Source: Microcystis aeruginosa NIES-2549 (lineage in GTDB: Bacteria; Cyanobacteriota; Cyanobacteriia; Cyanobacteriales; Microcystaceae). From it: DNA of 32,000 nucleotides. Shown here piece after piece: positions 1-9,194 of the stretch; positions within the stretch are counted from its first letter, which is position 1; each line of letters starts with the position of its first letter. Below the pieces are notes generated by a model. The model ran no database searches and was not told the origin of the DNA. It was given only the letters and a program-made list of their open reading frames with translations. A program made the position numbers and the translations under genes. The stretch covers positions 3,870,001 to 3,902,000 of the forward strand of contig NZ_CP011304.1 of the NCBI RefSeq assembly GCF_000981785.2, given 5' to 3'.

Positions 1-139
1 AAGTAAAAAGCCAAAAATTAGCAAAGGGTTTGACCGTTTCGGGTTGGGAAGTGGGGAAAAAAGGCCGACGGCTGATAATTCCTGGCTGCAAATTAGCCTA
101 AAATACGATTAATTGGCCAGAATTTTGGAGAGATAGTTT

Positions 140-547
140 ATGGAACGCGGGTTATTGTGGACACCTTTATTAATTCTATTTATTTGGTTGGCTTGGAGTG
201 GTTGGAATGAATACCAAAAAGTGGAAATCTATCGACAATGGGCGGAAAACTTCGATCGAGCTAAGTATGATATATATTCTGTCTTAGGTCAAAAAGATAA
301 AATTATCACTTGGGGAAAGCCAACTCGTAAGGGAGTGATTAATTTACAAACTTTTTCCCTAGAGGAGGTAAAAGAAATCCGTCTGTTAGTTAATAATCAA
401 GTGGTGGATTTAGATGCTCTTCCCCCGCAGGGTTCTCCTTTTCTAGAATTTATCTTTAAGGAGCGATCACCTGAAAAAATTCCCTTTACTGAAGTTGAAT
501 TGGCTAGTCGGTGGGCGAAATTTTTACAACAACAAATCTTAATTTGA
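140..547 (+). CDS. hypothetical small membrane protein (single N-terminal TM helix)
   Basis: 135-aa ATG ORF. Hydrophobic N-terminus (LLWTPLLILFIWLAWSGW) followed by a soluble region. No family recognised. Confidence 0.55.
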   Translation: MERGLLWTPLLILFIWLAWSGWNEYQKVEIYRQWAENFDRAKYDIYSVLGQKDKIITWGKPTRKGVINLQTFSLEEVKEIRLLVNNQVVDLDALPPQGSPFLEFIFKERSPEKIPFTEVELASRWAKFLQQQILI

Positions 548-559
548 TTGCGATAATTT

Positions 560-2209
560 CTACCGCAATCTCCCTGATCGCAGGATACCGACAACTAACC
601 ATAAACCGATTAAACTAGCTGTAGCAAATAATACGGTACTAATAATAGTTAATTGCCGAGATTGGGCACTGGCTGTGACAATGGCAGCCCCGATAATTAA
701 GGAACCAATAATCACACTAAAAGCTAGTCGATTGGCGGAATTATCTAAACTGCGACGGAGATTATCTAAGTCGCGAATTTTCAGATTAACATTTAAAGTT
801 TCGGAGGTTAAACCATCTAGTAAAACTTCAATTTGACGGGGATATTTCAGGGAAAAAGATTTCAAGTCTAAAACTGTTCTTAGGGCAGTTTGTAGGGGAG
901 TGCTACCGATTAACTGTTGTTCAAGAATATTAGTTAATAGCGGTTTGACTTCTTCTAGGATATTAATATCAGGATTAAATTTTCGGGCAGTTCCTTCTAG
1001 ATTAGCGAGACTTTTGGCAAATAAACCTAAATTACCCGGAAGTTTAATTCTATTGCGACGGGCAATTTGCAAAAGTTCATAAACCACCTGACTAAAGTTA
1101 ATTTGATTTAAATTGAGGTTATAATATTTTCGCAGCATCCGCTCATAATCCACCTCTAATTGTACTAAGGTAATCGGGACTACTGACTCGGATAATTTAA
1201 TAGTTAGTTGACTGCATCTTTTCGCATCTAAGTCAACAATTGCCAATAACAATTCTGTTAAGATTTGTTGAGTTTGTGGGTCTAATCTGCCCACCATACC
1301 ACAGTCAATTAAAGCTACTCTACCATCGTCAAGATAGAAAATATTACCCGGGTGAGGATCGGCATGAAAGAAGCCATCAATATAAATTTGTTGAAAAAAT
1401 GACCGAAACAAAATCCTAGTTATTTCGCTTTTTCTTTGGGAAATTGTTTGCTCGGTTTCTGGTCTAGAAACATCGGCATCTAAAATTTGTTTTCCTTCTA
1501 ACCATTCTAACACTAATAGCTTGGAATTAGTTAAGTCCCAATAAATTTTAGGAATAACTAACTGTTTGGGTTCTGACCACCGACTCTGGGTTAAATTATA
1601 GCGTAATTGGTCAGTATAATGACCTTCTTGGGTGAAATCTAATTCCGCATTGACTGCTTTAATAAACTCCTCTGCTAAGTTAACAACGTCATAACTTTGA
1701 CCAAATTCTGTGAGGGCAACTAAATCAGCAATTACCTTAATTAAGGCACTATCTTGGGCGACAATTTTTTCGATCCCCGGACGCAAGACTTTAATCGCTA
1801 CTTCCTCCCCAGATAATAAAGTTGCCCGATGAATTTGCCCGATCGATCCTGCGGCGATCGGTTGGGGATTAATATACTTAAATACCTGTTTAATCGGTTT
1901 TGCTAACTGTTCGGTGATGACTATTTCTATATCCGTCCAAGCAACGGGAGGAACTTGCGCTTGTAGAGCAGTTAAAGCCTCGATATAATTAGCAGGTAGC
2001 AGATCGGGACGGGTACTAAGTAACTGTCCCAATTTGACATAAAAAGGCCCCAATTCCACGAGAATTTTTTTGAGAACTTCTGGGGTGGGAATCTGGGGAT
2101 TTTCTGTTTTTCCTAGGGTTAAAACCCCGCGCATATAGTCCCAACCGTTGCCGAGAACTATCTCAAGGATTTCTTTTTGTCTTTGACTGGTTTGGGGGAG
2201 TGAGAACAC
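560..2209 (-). CDS. ABC1/UbiB (AarF) family atypical protein kinase
   Basis: 549-aa ORF with ABC1-family motifs in the translation (LGPFYVKLGQLLSTRPDLLP, AAGSIGQIHRA, VAIKVLRPG, HADPHPGNIF, IDCGMVGRL). Hydrophobic C-terminal helices. The GTG start at 2209 is 4 nt from a heptamer array. Confidence 0.9.
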   Translation of the reverse strand: MFSLPQTSQRQKEILEIVLGNGWDYMRGVLTLGKTENPQIPTPEVLKKILVELGPFYVKLGQLLSTRPDLLPANYIEALTALQAQVPPVAWTDIEIVITEQLAKPIKQVFKYINPQPIAAGSIGQIHRATLLSGEEVAIKVLRPGIEKIVAQDSALIKVIADLVALTEFGQSYDVVNLAEEFIKAVNAELDFTQEGHYTDQLRYNLTQSRWSEPKQLVIPKIYWDLTNSKLLVLEWLEGKQILDADVSRPETEQTISQRKSEITRILFRSFFQQIYIDGFFHADPHPGNIFYLDDGRVALIDCGMVGRLDPQTQQILTELLLAIVDLDAKRCSQLTIKLSESVVPITLVQLEVDYERMLRKYYNLNLNQINFSQVVYELLQIARRNRIKLPGNLGLFAKSLANLEGTARKFNPDINILEEVKPLLTNILEQQLIGSTPLQTALRTVLDLKSFSLKYPRQIEVLLDGLTSETLNVNLKIRDLDNLRRSLDNSANRLAFSVIIGSLIIGAAIVTASAQSRQLTIISTVLFATASLIGLWLVVGILRSGRLR

Positions 2210-2213
2210 GGTA

Positions 2214-2290
2214 TTATCAGTTATCAGTTATCAGTTATCAGTTATCAGTGATCAGTTATCAGTTATCAGTTATTAGTTATTAGTTATCAG
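2214..2290. repeat. STRR-like heptanucleotide array (TTATCAG/TGATCAG/TTATTAG, about 11 units)
   Basis: Direct reading shows uninterrupted 7-nt periodicity, ending in CAGTGGGGAAG. Confidence 0.95.
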
Positions 2291-2316
2291 TGGGGAAGTT
2301 AGGTACTTATCGATGG

Positions 2317-2590
2317 CTGCATCCCACATTTGCAGAAATACCGATAATCAGCAATTATCAGTGACTCTTAAATTATTACAGATATATCAGCAGCTGCGTG
2401 TAAGCATCCCACAAAAAAACTAATGCGCAGGGGGTTCGGGGGAGGCGCTTCGTCCCCCGACGGGGGGTTTGGGGGGTAGAACCCCCCAAAAGCTTGGATT
2501 GAGCGATAAAACCGAAAGTAACGCCCGATTTTAGTAGAGAGTTTCCCTTAAAAAATCCCAACTTAGTAGATTTACAAAAATGAGATGTAC
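2317..2590 (-). mobile_element. MITE-like non-autonomous element, copy 1 of 4 in the tandem array
   Basis: About 274 bp bounded by imperfect terminal inverted repeats (CTGCATCCCACATTTGCAGAAA ... reverse complement of GTACATCTCATTTTTGTAAATC). No credible ORF. A homologous inverted copy lies at 30360-30640. Strand is arbitrary, set opposite to that copy. Confidence 0.7.
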
Positions 2591-2681
2591 CCCTTTCAGT
2601 TATCAGTTATCAGTTATCAGTTATCAGTTATCAGTTATTAGTTATTAGTTATCAGTGGGGAAGTTAGGTACTTATCGATGG

Positions 2682-2955
2682 CTGCATCCCACATTTGCAG
2701 AAATACCGATAATCAGCAATTATCAGTGACTCTTAAATTATTACAGATATATCAGCAGCTGCGTGTAAGCATCCCACAAAAAAACTAATGCGCAGGGGGT
2801 TCGGGGGAGGCGCTTCGTCCCCCGACGGGGGGTTTGGGGGGTAGAACCCCCCAAAAGCTTGGATTGAGCGATAAAACCGAAAGTAACGCCCGATTTTAGT
2901 AGAGAGTTTCCCTTAAAAAATCCCAACTTAGTAGATTTACAAAAATGAGATGTAC
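2682..2955 (-). mobile_element. MITE-like element, copy 2 of 4
   Basis: Same sequence as copy 1, shifted by 365 bp. Confidence 0.7.
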
Positions 2956-3046
2956 CCCTTTCAGTTATCAGTTATCAGTTATCAGTTATCAGTTATTAGT
3001 TATTAGTTATTAGTTATCAGTGGGGAAGTTAGGTACTTATCGATGG

Positions 3047-3320
3047 CTGCATCCCACATTTGCAGAAATACCGATAATCAGCAATTATCAGTGACTCTTA
3101 AATTATTACAGATATATCAGCAGCTGCGTGTAAGCATCCCACAAAAAAACTAATGCGCAGGGGGTTCGGGGGAGGCGCTTCGTCCCCCGACGGGGGGTTT
3201 GGGGGGTAGAACCCCCCAAAAGCTTGGATTGAGCGATAAAACCGAAAGTAACGCCCGATTTTAGTAGAGAGTTTCCCTTAAAAAATCCCAACTTAGTAGA
3301 TTTACAAAAATGAGATGTAC
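3047..3320 (-). mobile_element. MITE-like element, copy 3 of 4
   Basis: Same sequence as copy 1, shifted by 730 bp. Confidence 0.7.
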
Positions 3321-3411
3321 CCCTTTCAGTTATCAGTTATCAGTTATCAGTTATCAGTTATTAGTTATTAGTTATTAGTTATCAGTGGGGAAGTTAGGTA
3401 CTTATCGATGG

Positions 3412-3685
3412 CTGCATCCCACATTTGCAGAAATACCGATAATCAGCAATTATCAGTGACTCTTAAATTATTACAGATATATCAGCAGCTGCGTGTAAGC
3501 ATCCCACAAAAAAACTAATGCGCAGGGGGTTCGGGGGAGGCGCTTCGTCCCCCGACGGGGGGTTTGGGGGGTAGAACCCCCCAAAAGCTTGGATTGAGCG
3601 ATAAAACCGAAAGTAACGCCCGATTTTAGTAGAGAGTTTCCCTTAAAAAATCCCAACTTAGTAGATTTACAAAAATGAGATGTAC
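3412..3685 (-). mobile_element. MITE-like element, copy 4 of 4
   Basis: Same sequence as copy 1, shifted by 1095 bp. Confidence 0.7.
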
Positions 3686-3691
3686 CCCTTT

Positions 3692-3841
3692 CAGTTATCA
3701 GTTATCAGTTATCAGTTATCAGTTATCAGTGGGGAAGTTATCAGTGATCAGATTTGAGTTTTAAGTTAGCAGTATTAAATAGAGGTTTCCTACTGTCTTT
3801 TCACTGATTACTGTTTACTGATCACTGATTACTGAAAAAGC
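3692..3841 (+). repeat. composite heptamer element: (CAGTTAT)n, diverged core, (CTGATTA/CTGTTTA/CTGATCA)n, CTGAAAAAGC
   Basis: Direct reading. The left array is at 3692-3751 and the right array at 3801-3841. The architecture matches 15587-15716 and 19297-19384. Confidence 0.85.
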
Positions 3842-3859
3842 TGGTAACTAATATCAATC

Positions 3860-4933
3860 CTATAACAATTTCTCTAATTTGGGAGCGGTTTGTAATTGCT
3901 TGAGAACTTGTTTAATATCTTGGGTACGATCTTTGTGGACAACGAGAGTTGCTTTACCGTCGCGAACAATTACCAGATCTTTTAAACCAATAGTAACGAT
4001 CACTTCCTCCTCATCACTAGCATAGATAATAGAGCCTTCCGTATCCAAACCGACATGATTGGCCAGTTCAATATTTTTGCCCTTTGCTTCTAGTAATCTT
4101 TCCAGAGAATTCCAATCTCCCAGATCATCCCAACCAAAATTAGCGGGTAAAACGTAAGCGAGTTGGGTTTTTTCCATCAAAGCATAATCGATACTTTTTT
4201 TCTCTAAATCCTCATAGGCAGCGATGCCCCGATCGATCAGAGGCTGTAAAATATTATTAGCGTGGGTTTTTAGCTCCTCTAAAACCACTTGTCCCTGAAA
4301 GATAAACATTCCGCTATTCCAGCTAAAAAGTCCCGTTTCTAGGAAATTTTCGGCCGTGGTGCGATCGGGTTTTTCCGTAAAACGACTCACTTTATAGACG
4401 GGTAAACCATTAAATTCGCCCTGATTTTCTCCCTGTTCGATATAACCGTAACCGGTGGAGGGATAATCGGGTTTAATCCCTAAAGTAACGATCGCTTTTT
4501 GGCTGACGGCCACTTCTACGGCCGCTTTTAAAGTGTTAATATAAGCCTCTTGATTACCAATATAATGATCGGCAGGAAAAAAACCGATCGCCACTTCCTT
4601 ACCATAACGTTTTATCACTTCTAAGGTGGCCCAAGTCACAGCCGGGGCCGTATCCTTGCCCACCGGTTCCACTAATAGGTTACTCTCCGGTAAATCGGGC
4701 AGTTGTTCGCGGACACCATCAGCGATCGCACTAGCGGTAATTACCCAGAGATTTTCCCAACCTGCCCCTAAAGATAATAGACGATCGGCTGTTGCTTGTA
4801 AAAGACTGCGACCACTACCATCAAGACAGAGAAACTGTTTCGGACGCGCTAGACGACTGAGAGGCCAAAAACGTTCCCCTTTACCACCGGCGAGAATGAC
4901 TGGAACAAGCGACTGATTCATAAAAATTGACAC
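3860..4933 (-). CDS. mannose-1-phosphate guanylyltransferase (ManC/CpsB-like nucleotidyltransferase, no cupin/PMI domain)
   Basis: 357-aa ORF. N-terminal sugar-nucleotidyltransferase signature VILAGGKGERFWPLSR. Family-typical FPADHYI and GYGYIE segments. Confidence 0.85.
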   Translation of the reverse strand: MSIFMNQSLVPVILAGGKGERFWPLSRLARPKQFLCLDGSGRSLLQATADRLLSLGAGWENLWVITASAIADGVREQLPDLPESNLLVEPVGKDTAPAVTWATLEVIKRYGKEVAIGFFPADHYIGNQEAYINTLKAAVEVAVSQKAIVTLGIKPDYPSTGYGYIEQGENQGEFNGLPVYKVSRFTEKPDRTTAENFLETGLFSWNSGMFIFQGQVVLEELKTHANNILQPLIDRGIAAYEDLEKKSIDYALMEKTQLAYVLPANFGWDDLGDWNSLERLLEAKGKNIELANHVGLDTEGSIIYASDEEEVIVTIGLKDLVIVRDGKATLVVHKDRTQDIKQVLKQLQTAPKLEKLL

Positions 4934-5000
4934 TTATCGGTTAAGTTGAACCGATTGTATCAGACGGCAGCGATCGGTGAGCATTTTCCTGACTCAAAGC

Positions 5001-5029
5001 TAAAAAGCGGGCAAATAACCCGCTTTTTA
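5001..5029 (-). terminator. intrinsic terminator after petA (symmetric, could act in both directions)
   Basis: AAAAAGCGGG-caaataa-CCCGCTTTTT. The 6-bp GC stem is flanked by an A-run and a T-run, 25 nt downstream of the petA stop. Confidence 0.75.
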
Positions 5030-5053
5030 GCAAAAATAACCGAAATATTGCGA

Positions 5054-6040
5054 TTAGAAATTCATTTCGGCCGCTTGTACTGTTTCCACTTGTTTTTTCT
5101 TAATAACTAAGAGGATTTGGCAGAGCATAATACCACCGAGGAATAAAACCAATCCTTTGATCCGGCCGGGATTTTGTAGGACAACTTCCGTCTCTTTTTG
5201 ACCAAAACCGCCGACATTGGGGTTACTGGTTAAAAATTGTCCCACTTCGATGGCCTGACCTTCCGAGACGATTAACTCAGGACCTGCGGGAATATTTTCC
5301 ACCACGGGGCCAGCTTCAGAAGTGATGGTGACTTCATAACCACCGGCTTCGGTTTTGCTGATCTGGCTAATTGTACCTGCGGTAGAAGCTTTGAAAGCGT
5401 TATTATTGCTCGGTTCACCGGTGGGGTACACTTGACCGCGACCGCGATTGGCCCCTAAATGCACAGCATATTTACCGAAGTGAATAGCTTTATTTTGGCT
5501 AGGATCGGGGGCCAGGACGGGGAAAACGATTTCTTTGTATTGATCCCCGGGTAAGGGGCCGACGATAACCACGTTATCTTGACCTTCTTTGTAGGATTGG
5601 AAATAGACTCCACCGAGTTTTTCCTGCATTTCTTCGGGAATGCGATCGGGTGGCGCGATTTTAAAACCATCCGGTAGCATTAAGACTGCACCGACGTTTA
5701 AACCCCCCTTCGATCCGTCTCCTAACACCTGTTGACTGGCGGGATCGTAGGGGATTTTTACCACTGCTTCAAAGACGCTATCGGGTAATACCGAGTGGGG
5801 GATTTCAATTTCGGCGGGTTTTTGGGCTAAATGGCAGTTCGCGCAGACAATCCGACCGGTTGCTTCTCTGGGGGTTTCCGGGGCGGTTTGTTGCGCCCAA
5901 AAAGGATATGCTTGGGCAGATTGGGGGTTAATGACATCGCTGGTTAGGAGTAGGGAAACGGTAGCGATCGCCACGAGGACAGCTTTCACTAGGGCCTGTC
6001 TGTGGACTTGCGGGAAGCTTAAAAAGTTGAATGTTCTCAT
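5054..6040 (-). CDS. petA: cytochrome f (apocytochrome f precursor)
   Basis: Signal peptide ending AQA followed by mature YPFWAQQ. Heme motif CANCH. C-terminal TM anchor. I place the start at the ATG at 6040 (MRTFNF...) because the longer ORF to 6172 would overlap petC. Confidence 0.95.
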   Translation of the reverse strand: MRTFNFLSFPQVHRQALVKAVLVAIATVSLLLTSDVINPQSAQAYPFWAQQTAPETPREATGRIVCANCHLAQKPAEIEIPHSVLPDSVFEAVVKIPYDPASQQVLGDGSKGGLNVGAVLMLPDGFKIAPPDRIPEEMQEKLGGVYFQSYKEGQDNVVIVGPLPGDQYKEIVFPVLAPDPSQNKAIHFGKYAVHLGANRGRGQVYPTGEPSNNNAFKASTAGTISQISKTEAGGYEVTITSEAGPVVENIPAGPELIVSEGQAIEVGQFLTSNPNVGGFGQKETEVVLQNPGRIKGLVLFLGGIMLCQILLVIKKKQVETVQAAEMNF

Positions 6041-6083
6041 CTCTATCGGTTGAATAATTCCAAATCTCGTCACATTGAATAAT

Positions 6084-6623
6084 CTAGGACCACCAGGGTT
6101 CTTCACCGGTGCGGAAGTCGGTTTCCGTCCAAGTGGAGAAGACGACTTTATCATTATCGGTGACGTTGGCATGGGCGAGGGCTAAGGATAGAGGCGCTGG
6201 ACCGCGAACTACTTTTCCTTCGGCATTGTACTGGGAACCGTGGCAAGGACACATGAATTTTTCTTCGCTGGCATTCCAAGGCACCACACAACCTAAGTGG
6301 GTACAGACGGCGTTAATTCCGTAGTTGGCCAGGGTTTTGTCCTCTTGGACGACTAAATAGGTGGGGTCGCCTTTTAAGCCTTGGGCTAAGGTGCGATCGC
6401 CAGCGTTATGGCTGGTCAGAAATTGACTGACAATCACATCATTGCCTAGGGCATCTTTAGCGGTGACACCGCCCCCCGTACCACCGGCCGAGGGGGGAAT
6501 AAAATACTTGACAATCGGATACAAAGCACCCGCCGCTACTCCGGTAATTGTACCAAAGGTCAACAGGTTCATAAATTGACGACGACCCAAATCGGGAACA
6601 TCTGTACCGGAAACTTGACTCAT
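6084..6623 (-). CDS. petC: cytochrome b6-f Rieske iron-sulfur subunit
   Basis: 179-aa ORF with Rieske boxes CTHLGC and CPCHGS. N-terminal TM helix. Lies 43 nt upstream of petA, the classic petCA operon order. Confidence 0.95.
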   Translation of the reverse strand: MSQVSGTDVPDLGRRQFMNLLTFGTITGVAAGALYPIVKYFIPPSAGGTGGGVTAKDALGNDVIVSQFLTSHNAGDRTLAQGLKGDPTYLVVQEDKTLANYGINAVCTHLGCVVPWNASEEKFMCPCHGSQYNAEGKVVRGPAPLSLALAHANVTDNDKVVFSTWTETDFRTGEEPWWS

Positions 6624-7168
6624 TGCTCCTTATCTCCAAATGTAAATTTTTGTAAACTAATTCTCATCTAAGGGCGATTTTGTGCATCTCGATCAAGACG
6701 AAAACCCAGAGCTTAAAGAAGGTTTACAAGGGCTGTATTAGATTATTACAGATATTGAGTCACGGACAATTGCCACAGCAAAGCTGCGTCAAATGCGATC
6801 GCTGTTTTCTCGCTTTTGCCGAGATGAGAAACCGCAAACATCGAAAGAATCTTAAAAAATTTGATCCAATGGAAAAGTTAAGTCTCCATATACCTTTAAC
6901 GTGGATACAGGGAAATATTGAGGGAGCAAGAGAATTATGGATAGAGACGGTTTATCATAGTGGCAAAAAAGCAATTCCTTTACCTTCTCAAAGTTGACAT
7001 CCTCACCGCCGTAAACGGACGGTGATTCCTTACCACGCCGCCTTTTTAGAATGGTCGCTGAATGGGGATAACTTTCCCCGATCTGCAAGCCGGAGGAGAC
7101 AAAACTGGTTTATGCTAGAAAGGGTTACTCTTAACGTAACTTTACAAAGTCATCGATCGCCCACATTT

Positions 7169-8035
7169 ATGGATTGCATCATCAATCGTCGAGCGCGGTT
7201 TTCAGCCAGCCATCGCTATTATCTACCAGAATGGGACGAAGCCGAAAATCAAAGACTTTTTGGTCTTGGTAGCCGTTTTCCCGGTCATGGTCACAATTAC
7301 GAATTATACGTCTCCCTATACAAAGAACTCAATCTTTATGGCATGGTGGAGAATCTCTCCACCGTTAAACAGGTAATTAAACAAGAGGTAACCAGTCAAT
7401 TAGACTACTCCTATCTCAATCAAGTCTGGCCGGAATTTCAGCAAACCCTACCCACCACAGAAAATATCGCTAGAGTTATCTGGCAAAGATTAGCACCCTA
7501 TTTACCATTGGTCAAAATTCAACTATTTGAACACCCCGAATTGTGGGCAGAATATCAAGGAAAAGATATGGAAGCAACTTTAACCATCAAAACCCATTTT
7601 AGCGCCGCCCATCGTTTGGCTTTACCGCAATTAACCCTCGAACAAAACTCGGAAATCTACGGCAAATGCGCCAGGGTAAACGGTCATGGCCATAATTATC
7701 ACCTAGAAGTATCCGTGGCGGGAGAAATCGATCCCCGCACCGGTATGATTGTAGATCTAGGGGATTTACAAAAAGCGATCGATGAATTGGTAGTGGAACC
7801 CTTCGATCATGCTTTTTTAAATAAGGATATTCCCTACTTTGCCGAAGTGGTTCCCACCGCCGAAAATATTGCCTTATATATCGCTCAACTATTGGAGGAA
7901 CGGATCCGCCAATTAGGAGCCGAATTAGATAAAGTTAAACTGATTGAAAGTCCCAATAATTCTGCGGAAATCCACTGTCGTGGTTCGGTTCAAGCTCCCC
8001 GACAACTTCTAGAAAAAACCCTGACAGCCGTTTAA
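7169..8035 (+). CDS. tandem two-domain 6-pyruvoyl-tetrahydropterin synthase / QueD-like protein (COG0720 fold duplicated)
   Basis: Two PTPS-like halves. Half 1 has FSASHRY...PGHGHNY...LDYSYLN. Half 2 has FSAAHRL...GKCARVNGHGHNY...FDHAFLN. Start placed at the ATG at 7169 (MDCIINRR), just before the first domain. Confidence 0.85.
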   Translation: MDCIINRRARFSASHRYYLPEWDEAENQRLFGLGSRFPGHGHNYELYVSLYKELNLYGMVENLSTVKQVIKQEVTSQLDYSYLNQVWPEFQQTLPTTENIARVIWQRLAPYLPLVKIQLFEHPELWAEYQGKDMEATLTIKTHFSAAHRLALPQLTLEQNSEIYGKCARVNGHGHNYHLEVSVAGEIDPRTGMIVDLGDLQKAIDELVVEPFDHAFLNKDIPYFAEVVPTAENIALYIAQLLEERIRQLGAELDKVKLIESPNNSAEIHCRGSVQAPRQLLEKTLTAV

Positions 8036-8057
8036 TTGCCTGTTGGTGAAGGTGATT

Positions 8058-8078
8058 AGGGTGAGCATGGCTCACCCT
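8058..8078. terminator. hairpin between convergent genes (possible bidirectional terminator)
   Basis: AGGGTGAGC-atg-GCTCACCCT, a perfect 9-bp stem between the PTPS stop (8035) and the SDR stop (8097). There is no strong U-tract. Confidence 0.45.
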
Positions 8079-8096
8079 GATAGATTTAATTAAACC

Positions 8097-8906
8097 CTAG
8101 TTAAACACTTCTCGCCATCCTCGCTTTCCTTTGCTTTGGCGTAAGGGAGAAGCTAAATCGACAATTTTCTCAAGCAGTTTCGGGGCCAATTTTTGGCACC
8201 AAAGAGCTAGATGACTTTGCCAACCGACGACAATTTCCGTTTTTTCCCTATTTAAGCCGGTAATTAGAGTTTGGGCGACTTCTTCGGCGCTCATTGGTTT
8301 TAACCATCGAAATAACTGCAATTCTCGCACCATATCCGTATCGGTTAAAGAGGGTAAGAGGGTGACAACTTTGATGTTATGTTCCCGTAATTCCGACCTG
8401 AGAGCTTGACTAAAACCCAAAATGGCAAATTTGGTGGCCGAGTAGGTAGAGAAGCTAGGAGCGGCAATTTTACCCATCATGCTGGAAACATTGACAATGG
8501 TTCCCTGTCCCCGAATTGCCATCCGGCGGGCAATTAAGCGAGTAACCGTGTACATGGCCATCAGATTTAAAGATATTTCTGCTTGCACTTGCGAAAATTG
8601 CGAGCGTAGAAAGGGGGTTTGATGGGCAATACCGGCACAGTTAACGAGGATATCGATGCCGAGGCATTCTTGCCAAACACGGATAATTGAAGCACTAACA
8701 AGGTCATTTTCGGTTAAATCTAGGGCTAAAGGTGTGGCAATGACCCCTAGTGACTCAATTTCTTTCGCTAGTTTTTCTAATCGCTCTTGATCTCTGGCGA
8801 CAATCACAATTCTGCTTAAACCTTGTCGGGCTAATTCTAAGGCGATCGCTCGTCCAATGCCCCGGGATGCCCCCGTGACTAGGGCTGTTTTTCCCTGTAA
8901 TTTCAT
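8097..8906 (-). CDS. SDR-family NAD(P)-dependent oxidoreductase
   Basis: Cofactor motif TGASRGIG, NCAG, and catalytic YSATK in the translation. The start is the ATG at 8906 or 8912. Confidence 0.9.
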   Translation of the reverse strand: MKLQGKTALVTGASRGIGRAIALELARQGLSRIVIVARDQERLEKLAKEIESLGVIATPLALDLTENDLVSASIIRVWQECLGIDILVNCAGIAHQTPFLRSQFSQVQAEISLNLMAMYTVTRLIARRMAIRGQGTIVNVSSMMGKIAAPSFSTYSATKFAILGFSQALRSELREHNIKVVTLLPSLTDTDMVRELQLFRWLKPMSAEEVAQTLITGLNREKTEIVVGWQSHLALWCQKLAPKLLEKIVDLASPLRQSKGKRGWREVFN

Positions 8907-9173
8907 GATCAAACTCCTGTTTTAAGCAACAGTACAGAAATTTATTGGTTTTGCTTCTAAAATCTTTGATTTGTGCATCTATACCCTACATAAGTAGTGA
9001 AGCAATCGAGGGATAGATGGATAGGTTAGGGTGCATGGGATTTTTCCTCCTTCAAAGCGCACTCTTGAACCCACGGTAACAGTTGTCTTTACAAACAGCA
9101 ATCTTTTTTAACACTTTTCTGGAAAATCACTCGATCGGATGAACGCTCAGGGTGATCCTCAATCCTATGGAAG

Positions 9174-9194
9174 GGGAGAGGGGAGAGGGGAGAG
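9174..9194. repeat. heptamer microsatellite (GGGAGAG)x3
   Basis: Direct reading. Confidence 0.9.

Larger units (their letters stand above)
2214..3751. repeat. higher-order tandem repeat, about 4.2 units of exactly 365 bp (heptamer tract + TIR-bounded element)
   Basis: The landmark 'cccctttCAGTTATCAG' recurs at 2597, 2962, 3327 and 3692. Identical 61-aa artefactual ORFs sit at 2376, 2741, 3106 and 3471, also 365 bp apart. Units 2-4 differ by eye only by one C/T in the heptamer tract. Confidence 0.95.

Noticed and set aside
2376-3656. Four identical 61-aa ORFs (2376-2561, 2741-2926, 3106-3291, 3471-3656)
   Set aside because: They start at TTG and lie wholly inside the repeated MITE, running through the G/C hairpin block (hence the Gly/Pro/Arg-rich translation). 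The frame is destroyed in the diverged copy at 30.4 kb. Their identity only reflects the DNA repeat.
2214-3751. CRISPR-like reading of the regular 365-bp array
   Set aside because: The segments between the repeated tracts are identical rather than unique. The unit length is far outside CRISPR repeat-spacer dimensions. No cas genes are present.
5054-6172. Long N-terminal extension of petA, and similar upstream extensions of ribD (15598), htpG (17018), the PTPS gene (7022), amt (13801) and the coiled-coil gene (24257)
   Set aside because: The extensions overlap the upstream gene or repeat DNA and precede recognisable conserved N-termini or signal peptides. Internal ATG starts fit better.
6680-7088. 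ORFs 6680-6997 (+) and 6852-7088 (-) in the petC-PTPS spacer
   Set aside because: They overlap each other and have no recognisable motifs or plausible starts. The region more likely holds the petCA and PTPS promoters. It also contains GTGCATCTC and ATTATTACAGATAT strings resembling MITE pieces, but the match is too short to call.
7060-7168. Possible preQ1 riboswitch upstream of the QueD-like gene (hairpin GGGGA-taactt-TCCCC, then an A-rich stretch)
   Set aside because: The loop is too short. The A-rich tail and pseudoknot complement do not match the preQ1-I or preQ1-II consensus as I remember them. The gene may not be queD at all.
6675-8985. Shared string TTTGTGCATCT about 60-70 nt upstream of both petC (6682-6692) and the SDR gene (8971-8981)
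   Set aside because: There are only two occurrences of an 11-mer. It could be MITE-TIR debris (GTGCATCTC) or chance, which is not enough to call a regulatory motif.
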